This document shows positions 54,735-64,000 of a DNA stretch of 64,000 nt, in pieces. The stretch comes from Octopus vulgaris (lineage: Eukaryota): NCBI GenBank assembly GCA_951406725.2, contig OX597828.1:9796001-9860000 (forward strand), written 5' to 3'. The position numbers and the translations under genes are program-made. The stretch's first letter is position 1. Each line of letters starts with the position of its first letter. The notes under the pieces were generated by a model that ran no database searches, was not told where the DNA came from, and saw nothing but the letters and a program-made list of their open reading frames with translations.

Positions 54735-56235
54735 CTCTCTCTCCCTCTCTCTCTTTCTTACACACACACACATACGCACGCACATATATATAGGAAACAC
54801 TTATGGTTTTCGAGCTGCTAACGTTGGTAATCAGTCGTAGACAGGCTACGAATCGAGTAAATAAACTCCCTCTCCGTGTTTAATGAGAAAATAACTGCAT
54901 TTACGGAGAGAATTATGTCTGCTCGAGACGCTAATATCAATAATAGAAAAAAAAAACTTTTATTTAACTATAATTCCTATTGTCGAATAGCTACATCTAA
55001 CTGTATCTGTTATAAAATACCAGTCATATACTGAAGGTTTCGTTTGTTTACTTTCAGTTTTCTTTTTATATAGAATATTCTGTAAATCTGAAATCAGTGT
55101 ACGTGATCAAATAATATTTTTCTTCGACTTTCCGCCATTTAAAATTAGGCCAGAGGATATTGTCTGCGTTGAAGGCTTTAACACATTGAGATGTATGTAT
55201 GTTATATTATGATGAATGTATGCGGTACATTTTGTTAGATGTATATGATATATGTTGTTAAATGTATTACAATATATTCTGCGATTATCATTATTCTCCG
55301 ATTATTTCATCATTTTCTCTTTTCTTTTATTTGGCAAAAACTGTCTATAAAATTCTCATTTTTTTCTCCATCTCATTCTTATTCCTTCAAAAGTATTCTA
55401 AAATAGATAACATAAAAAAAAATTTGACTGAACTATTATTATGTCAATTACATCTTTTATAATGAATAAAACAGAACTTTTGAATCAAAGATGTTGTACT
55501 GCTTTGAAAAAAATATTTAACAAAAAATATTCCTTAACATATAATTATGGAAAGAAAAACGTCTGTTTTCTTTTTACCTTTAATTTATATGTACATTTGT
55601 TTTTTAAATTTTGTTTTCTAAAATAATTAAAATAATGAAAGAAAAATTTAGAAAGGAAAATTATTATAATAAAAACGATTTAACTCCTTTTGGGAAGAAA
55701 CTAATAACTAACTTCATAGTATTTGTTTTCTGTCATTGAAGACAATAGTATGGAGAGAGAATAAAAAGTAAATGTAATAACAACTTTAAGTAGAATTTCG
55801 TGCTGATCTATATTATTATCCGGGCAAGCTATTATGGCAAATATAGACCTCAGTCTCTCGCTAATCAATCCTTGTCGAGACATCAATATTATAATTCTGG
55901 ATGTTATATCATCTGATGTTTTACAATCAAATGCATTTATCTATTTTGTCATTATTTATGAAAGAAACAAACAAAAATACCAGTTTTTGTTTGTGTTAAC
56001 AGATAATATAATTCACTTAAAGCAACTGAAACCTCTCACTTGCAATAATATATTCATATATTCACGCTATCTGGTAGAAAGTAAAGAAATTGTTCGTATG
56101 TGACATGATTGAAAAAACACTTAAGAAAAGTTTGATCGGAAATTAATAGATATACTTCATCTAGAAGTAGGATTGGGGTAAAAGCCTTCATTGCCCAAGT
56201 TATATTGTTCCCTATAGTTCTGCTTATATGACTTG

Positions 56236-56627
56236 AAGCCAGACATAGTCTTAATTGAGAAACAAAGCAAACTATGCTGGATCATAGATATAACATGCCC
56301 AACTGACAACAACGCATGCGATAAAGAAGAAAGAAAAGTCGATAGGTATGACAGGTTAGCGTTGGAGGTAAAGCAGTTGTGGTCGATGAAAATGGTGGTA
56401 TTGGTACCAATAATTGCCGGAGCCCTGGGAACATTGAGTAAAAATGTCGAGAAATACATCGAACAAATAGCGGCTGCAGTAAGGGTGGAAAACTTGTAGA
56501 AAACAGCAATGCTTGGAACCGCCTGAATACTCTGGATGGTGCTCGAAAAATAAAAGATGTTACCTTAGTTCACATGTCGAGAACAGCTGACACCATAGTA
56601 CGTCTCCAGCATTAGAAGCTGTGCAAA

Positions 56628-56628
<1 letters not shown>
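56236..56628 (+). mobile_element. R4/Dong-like non-LTR retrotransposon 3' fragment (restriction-like endonuclease), family 1
   Basis: KPDIVLIEK..CWIIDITCP.D..DKEERKVDRY..L..LW...VVLVPIIAGALG, the PD..D REL motif; ends in (AAT)n. Confidence 0.88.
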
Positions 56629-56690
<62 letters not shown>

Positions 56691-56694
<4 letters not shown>

Positions 56695-57178
56695 TGCCTC
56701 CTCATTGATATGACTGTCCCAATCGATATAAACGTATCTGTCAAGACCTTCCAAAAACTGAACAAATAAAAAGATCTTGAAATAGAAATTAGCAAAATGT
56801 GGAAGCTGAAGACTAAAACAATACCTGTTGTCATAGGTGCCCTGGGAATGATAGCGAAAGGGACTGATTGCTACCTAACTCAGATACCAGGAAACCCCAA
56901 AATGGCAGAAATTCAAAAGATAGTGCTCATGGGAACTGCTCATATCCTACTCAAAATACTCTCTATGTAATCCCAAGGTTTAAAACAAACTTTTTATTTG
57001 TTTATTTATTTATTAATTTTTTTTAAAATTTTACTTTTATGCATTAGACATTCATTAGTAAAACACCAAAAAAAACCCCCAAATATATGGCACAGAACTT
57101 CCAACCTGTTGTCTCTTGAGGTATCTGGGTGAGACTTGGAGCCAACTTGTACAGACATAAAGCAAAAGTCAAACATGG
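56691..57178 (+). mobile_element. R4/Dong-like non-LTR retrotransposon 3' fragment, family 2
   Basis: TCLLIDMTVPIDINVSVKTFQKLNK*KDLEIEISKMWKLKTKTIPVVIGALG..IQKIVLMGTAHIL, flanked by (AAT)n on both sides. Confidence 0.88.
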
Positions 57179-57209
57179 AATAATAATAATAATTACAATA
57201 ATAATAATT

Positions 57210-58452
57210 CTCTCTTTATTGGTCACCAGGGCCTAACATAAAACATAGAAGGCGATACACAGACGAAGGGCAGTAAGGTTAAACGTCTAAACAGCAAACA
57301 AACATAGCGATTAAAAAAGAGATTAGATCAACAATATGCTTCTTTAATAGGGAGGAATTCCACCGTAAGGTGACCAAAGTGACCTCACGCCGTTTTGGCG
57401 CCTCAACACCAACGGCTCCTCAGGAAGGCACCCTCCCTTCTCCCTTCAATCTGGCCTAAGGGGCATACTTAGAAGAGACCCATTCACGCGAGCCATGCTT
57501 TCCACATTCACCTACCATTCAACGAACGTACTGGGTGACAGTACCTCCCGCTCGAACCTCACTTTCCTTTTCATGTGGAATCTGAAAAATTCAATTAGGT
57601 CTTTGCCAAAAAGGAAGGTACCCGTCTTCAAACCTTTCAATCGTATCTACGACACACCCACTTTTGTCATAGAAAAATTGCCCTTCGTTCCCGGACAAAG
57701 GAAGGAGGTGGAGTGATATTCACAATGGACTCGGACGATAGCCAGATTCGTCTTGCAAGGACAATAATTGTTCGACAAATCTCCACATGTGAGCTATGCT
57801 CAGACGCTGTACGAGAGCATGCAGAACAGTTTTAGCACTCTGTTTGCATCTCGGAGAAGCCCGACTGACTGCATACCCGTTCCTGTAGAGCTTACACCGA
57901 ACTGGCAATGCCACAACTCCATCTAGTAGCACTGCCAAGACTGGGATTTCTGGAAGTTATCCATAGTTTCCGGCCCGAGAGTCCTCCGGAAGAAACCAGC
58001 CAGTTGATCTTCCTCGACGCCCAGGACCTCTCAGAGTACGTCGTCGCTATTGCCCTCCACTAATTTCCTATAGGACTCCAAAGTTGATATTCGACCGACT
58101 GCATTGCCCGACTGGCAGATGGCTGTAAGCACTTGGAGATACCCTAGGTCCAGAAAATTGACGCCTGACAAGCGGTACCCTCCACAGGAAGTAGAAGAGC
58201 AAACCATCAGCCCGTTCAGCCAGGAAGTACGGTAGGGGACGTCAGTCAGGCGGCAGTATATGACGGATTCGAAGTACGCATTCGCCAGCTCCTCCCGAAC
58301 TTTCAGGAAGAGCTTCCTCTCGGCCCATTTCTGGGTAATATTGTCACCTTGTTTGTCACGTCGGCCCATTTCTTGTCCATTTGGAGATCCTAACCGAACT
58401 ACAACCCGAGCAACTTCATAGGTCCTTCCGTCCAGTGCCCCACCACGCATCA
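57210..58452 (-). mobile_element. Tx1/L1-clade LINE 3' fragment (degenerate)
   Basis: KWAERKLFLKVREELANAY (W...LS..GR motif) and LPVRCKLYR..SPRCKQSAKTVLHALVQ (decayed zf-RVT zinc finger). An AATAAA signal lies on the minus strand near 57215. Confidence 0.8.
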
Positions 58453-58465
58453 TTTATGGGATAAG

Positions 58466-58539
<74 letters not shown>

Positions 58540-58672
58540 TGCGTTGAAGTTTGGACAGGAGTCTTTCATTATACCCTCAAGCCGACCAAAGAGTTGTGAG
58601 TGGATTTGGTTGGCGGAAACTGAAAGAAGCCTGTCGTATATATGTGTGAGCTTATGTGTGTGTGTATGTGTG

Positions 58673-58713
<41 letters not shown>

Positions 58714-59697
58714 ATGTATATTCATGTATAATATTCAAAAGTAAAACGATGACAGTGATTTTGCCGTATTAGTATGCTTGGATTTGCCACACTTTGATTT
58801 ATAATGTTGTTTTGGCTTGATATAGCCTTTGCGACGATGAAGGTTTGTAAAACTTACCAATATCCTTTTACCAGTAACGTATGTGAATTGATATTCTAGT
58901 GATCATTCAATATTTTTAAGGTTCCATTTAGAGATTGCGTATAGCCAGGGTCTCTGGTTAAATCATAGTTTGTAAATTCCGTAGCTCTTCTGGAATTAAT
59001 CTTTCTTCATTTTATTAATGAGATTCTTTTTTAAAATCATTTAAATTAACATATCAGAATACAATTTTTGTATTGGTATGACATTTTGTTATATATTATA
59101 GAAATAGTCACCTCAACCTTGAATTCGTATATTAGTTATTATTCCTAAACGATTGAGCATATGGATATATAAGAACTGAATTTTACGAATAATTTTTATA
59201 AAACACAAATATATAATCTAATTACGGCGTTTCAAATTCTAGATGTGCTAAAATTACGCAACCTTTGTCAACCTTACAAAAGAGAGAATGAAAATTATAA
59301 ACGTACATATTTCAACAATTATTGCTTGCGCATTTACATAAACAATTGAACATAAACAATATGTACATCCGTACATATACATGCATAAACGTATGCTTGT
59401 AGACATATGTATAAAACATATATGTGTATGTGTGAGTATGTGTGACTATGTATTATGTGTGTATGTGTGTATGTATGTATGTATGTACATATGGATGTAT
59501 GCGCGTGTGTGACTGCGTGTGCTTTCGATCTTCTGCTTGCGCATGTGTGCGGAAATGCTTCCAAACTCCGGAACAATTCATGACAGGAACAATGAAGAAT
59601 CCTATTTCCGTTCAAATATTGTGGAAAGAAAACAAATAAGCATCGGTAAATGAAATATATATATCTGCAGGTATGCATATATGCATGAATATATATA

Positions 59698-59736
<39 letters not shown>

Positions 59737-59738
59737 CA

Positions 59739-59774
<36 letters not shown>

Positions 59775-59799
59775 GATAAACACACACACGCACACACAA

Positions 59800-59857
<58 letters not shown>

Positions 59858-60051
59858 AAGAGAGAGAGAAAGATGTATGTGTGTATGTATGGATGGATGG
59901 ATGTATATATATATATACATATAAGAAAATTCTGAAACCGAATCGTTCGTGAATGAACGACAACTTTTTCGAACATCTGCTTCATATGCATACATCTATA
60001 TCCATCCATCCATATATATATATATATATATATATATTCATACACACACAC

Positions 60052-60104
<53 letters not shown>

Positions 60105-60403
60105 TGTGTGTGTGTGTACCCTTCCAGTTGGAAATATTCTGCTTACATGTCTTCGGCTTGATTAATGATCAAACTCACAATGTTGTTTCCATTTGCTTTC
60201 AATTTAATCTTATTTTAGTCTCCTCTTTGCATTCGTCACATTTTACATTCATATTATCTCGAACAATTTCAATTGCTGTTTTGTTTTGTTTATCCCAACT
60301 GTTATTCTTTCCACTGTTTATTATTGACATTATTTGCTTCGATATTTTATTTTTATTTCGATAACATACAAACATGTATACTTACGTACACGCACACACA
60401 CGT

Positions 60404-60494
<91 letters not shown>

Positions 60495-61365
60495 GTATAT
60501 ATATATTTATATATACACACACGTGAACACATTTTTAACCCGTTATTGTTCCTGCTGTCAATGCGAGTATTCTTAACGCTCTGTACTTTTCTTGTCTCTT
60601 CTTTATCGTATGTATATATATATGTATATATATTTATATACATATATATACATATACATTGTGACGTGTGTGCGCGTGCGTATGTATGTATATCTGTATA
60701 TGTATATATATATATACATATACATACATTTATATATATATACATATACATACATTTATATATATAAATATATATACACGCATGAATGTGTGTATCTGAT
60801 GTCTCAGATGATATTTTTGCATTTTTTCTTCGATATTTTGAAAATCTTTTTCTTCATTCTATTTTTTTCCCCTGAATTATAAGCACAAGTGTAAAGTGTA
60901 TTGCTTTCAGTTCCAATGCTATTAACATCACTGCATCCAATATACTTCAGTAATTTAACTTCGTTTCACATATTCTTCTATTTTATTCACATACTTCAAT
61001 TTACTTTGCGCAACCATTCCATTTCAATAAGCTAAGTTCTCCCACTCACTTTATCGCTTCCTCTTTAACTGCTCACTATCTCTCACTCTCTCTTCTCCTT
61101 TCTATATTCCATCTTCATTTCTGTCGATTTGTCTTTTTGTCCATTTTAGCACACTTAATCCCTCTTCAGAAAAAAATACACATTTTTCACTAAACAATCA
61201 TTGTGTCCATGTTATTTTTTCTTTTACTCAGCTACCAAATCTCATTAACACCTTACTTTAGAGGTCCACTCCATTCTTTTCTTCTTCAACTATTATTGTT
61301 CTTGTTGTTATTGGTTTGTTGTTGCTGTTGTTAGTGTTGTTGCTCTCATTTTTCTTCTTCAAAGG

Positions 61366-61366
<1 letters not shown>

Positions 61367-61461
<95 letters not shown>

Positions 61462-61482
61462 ATTATTATTATTATTATTAAT
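61367..61482. repeat. (TTA)n microsatellite
   Basis: Directly visible. Confidence 0.95.
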
Positions 61483-62259
61483 TCTTTTTGATAAAGTTTT
61501 TTGTTGCTGTTACCCTTCTTTTGGTATCGGTTTGTCGCTAATTCGAATAGCTCGTGAATTTTTATTGTCTTAACACACTTATTTCAATTTTTTTTTTGCT
61601 CTGCTCTTGTTAACAAAACTGACCAGTATCCTAAGTAAGTGATGAAGTCCATTTTCTTTCAGTATTTTGGAACGCAATTTGTAAATTTATACAAAAATTT
61701 AACAAATTTTATATAACACAAATAAATAAATATATTTTTAACGGAATAAGCAATTTGGTGCCACAAAGAGGGGTGCATGGATGGCTATTGGAGCATCTAT
61801 CATAGCAGACTTCACCGTAGTTTCCTGTCACTATTCTTATTGCCGTAACGGAAACAGCGGCATCACCAACGTCAACAACGAAAACAAGAATAACTTGCCG
61901 ATGAAACACAAATGTTGTTATAATTATGATAAGAACAAAACCTTCCCAACAGCACCACCATCACTGCAATAGCAGCAACATATATGAGTATCAACAAAAC
62001 AGCGTGAGCGATAACACTCTCAGCAATAATTTATCTAACCAACACAACAAATAAGCCTTCAGACAATCTCAAATTTCAGTATTGATAATGACACCATTAC
62101 TATCACCGTCACCACCTACACTGCCACTAGAAATGTAGAGTCTCACTAACTTGATATCAATCTGTTGAACGAAAAACTGTGAAATAACTATCGCATGTGT
62201 AACGACGTTTCTCAGCTGATTGTCGATCTATGAGCCGTACAAAATTTCCAAGCGTCTAA

Positions 62260-62885
62260 CAACTGTGTTTCCACACTTCTTGGCTTACAGTAGGTCCATA
62301 AACCATTCGCAGATCTTGTTACAGGGCCTCTAACCCAGCCGTTTTACGGGGAGAATATTTTCAGCAACTATAGGCTGTTCCATTTACTCTAGTATTGTGA
62401 CCACTCATTGAGATGTCATCAAATATATGTCTGAGCAATGATGACGTCCTCAATAAAGGCAATGAGTGCAACGGCTCTAACGACATCACAGGTCGTGTAG
62501 AATGTGTGGACGTTATATCACTCTGACCATCTATTGACATGGATTTTGCTGTGGAGAAATGTATAGGGATCATTTAGAAGAGTGGAGTAGAGTCCCGCGA
62601 AGTTAATACAAGAGTATGGCGACTCCATCTAAGACAACCCCATGATTGTAATTACCGGGACAATTATGACTTAAATAGCTTCTGCCACATCAGGTCTGAA
62701 CACGCAAAACCACAGTGCATCACATCGTCAGCGATGATAAGTACCACAGAACGCTGGAATGGCTGTACAATACCTACCTAGGCCCCAGGAAACGGTAATC
62801 CTGTAAGAACGTTGGGTGCATATGCAACTGTCACTATTGAAAACATGGCTCTGAAGAACCACATATTCAAGTTCAATAACACGAG
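62260..62885 (+). mobile_element. Second, divergent degenerate PLE reverse transcriptase fragment
   Basis: Manual translation: LLGLQ*VHKP..GPLTQPFYG (cf. LYGL.KDHK..GPPTRPV), ICLSNDDVL, VDVISL*PSIDMDFAVEKC (cf. DV.ALYPSL) and LKNHIFKFNN. Not captured by the ORF track. Confidence 0.65.
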
Positions 62886-64000
62886 CGGTAACACTGATAG
62901 CGCAAATAGTAACCAGTTAATCAATCAACGGCCAAAGAAATGTTACAAAATGCTCGAATTATAACAGAAAATAATTCAGAAAAATCATTTGGTTAGTAAA
63001 AAGGAATGAAAGAAGAGGAAAAAGCGTTAAATAATTTTCTGTCATTTTATCGATGTGCGTTGAGTTACCATTGCATTCACGTTAAGAGTCGGTGGATTGA
63101 AAATAAGGGCGAGTTGAAAGGTTTTTCGATGCCTGTGGGGAAAACAACGCAACATGTTAAGTGAGACATGCAATTTGGCATGATTGCTATTAGATGAGTG
63201 CGAGTTTGAAAGTAATTAAAAAAGAGGAGTTTGACCTCATCTCATTACATATATATATATATATATATATAAAGGGTTGTGGATTTGCTACCAGAAATAA
63301 ATTTTCGTTGGCTGTTGGTGACAGTTTTGTCTGATTATGAAGGTGACGCAATATTAGCCATTCATCAGTTGCATCATGAAAACCGCTCGTGTATAGGCAT
63401 GAAGTTTTTAATTCAAACGATGACCAAAATAGCAGAGAGAGAGCTATTGTGTACAGAAGATTCACGCGAATCCTCAAATGTTAAGTCTCCGAGAGTTATC
63501 GACTACATTACTGAATTGTACATGTTGCATCTAGACTGCCAAATAATATCTAGATAGAATAATTGTATAGGTATGTATATAGTAACAGCATAACTTGTCT
63601 TCAGTTCATAGTCATTTGCTACACATCATAGATATATGACCAGTACAGTTGAACAAGTTTGGATTCACATGCAGGAACCGGCTTACTGGGAGCTAAATAA
63701 TCTTTCTTGAAGTCCAAGTGATTGAGTTAAGTAAGCATATAGAAAGTAATAATCACAACAAATATTGGTCGTCCTGATAAATACGATTACAATTGAATCA
63801 ATTAAGTTAAGTAAGAGAGCAGCGATTAAGTAAACTTGATTATTAGAGAGGGACATAGAAGTTATGAAGTATGTTAGTGAATGTATCATGACTGACTTTA
63901 TTGCAGTGAGACCGCCCCTCGGCCAGTTCTTTGCAGAGTTTGGGAGAAATTAGAGATACAGATACATAATTAGAAATTTTAACATAAAGTGATGTTAGGA

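Overview
AT-rich, microsatellite-dense eukaryotic DNA with no host protein-coding exon I can support. The mix of (TA)n/(CA)n/(AAT)n tracts and tRNA-derived SINE families resembles octopus (coleoid cephalopod) intronic or intergenic sequence; this taxon call is inference from recognised repeat types. The window is a graveyard of transposons: a Ty3/gypsy integrase with its 3' LTR, six Tc1/mariner-superfamily remnants, CR1, RTE, Tx1/L1 and R4/Dong-type LINE fragments, two degenerate Penelope-like (PLE) reverse transcriptases and many SINEs, several with target-site duplications (TSDs). The standout is 30203-32003. It is an apparently very young non-coding element: about 2.4 tandem 534-bp monomers preceded by a 498-bp inverted copy. 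Every copy carries an intact type I hammerhead ribozyme core with a palindromic stem III and a long, well-paired stem II, so it is a candidate retrozyme/PLE-derived locus for a self-cleaving 534-nt circular RNA. Three further, more degenerate hammerhead-like PLE-type termini (about 15.4, 33.6-34.0 and 51.8 kb) and a possible HDV-like ribozyme (32.55 kb) are also present. Most ORFs in the supplied track are microsatellite artefacts. All alignments and folds were done by eye.
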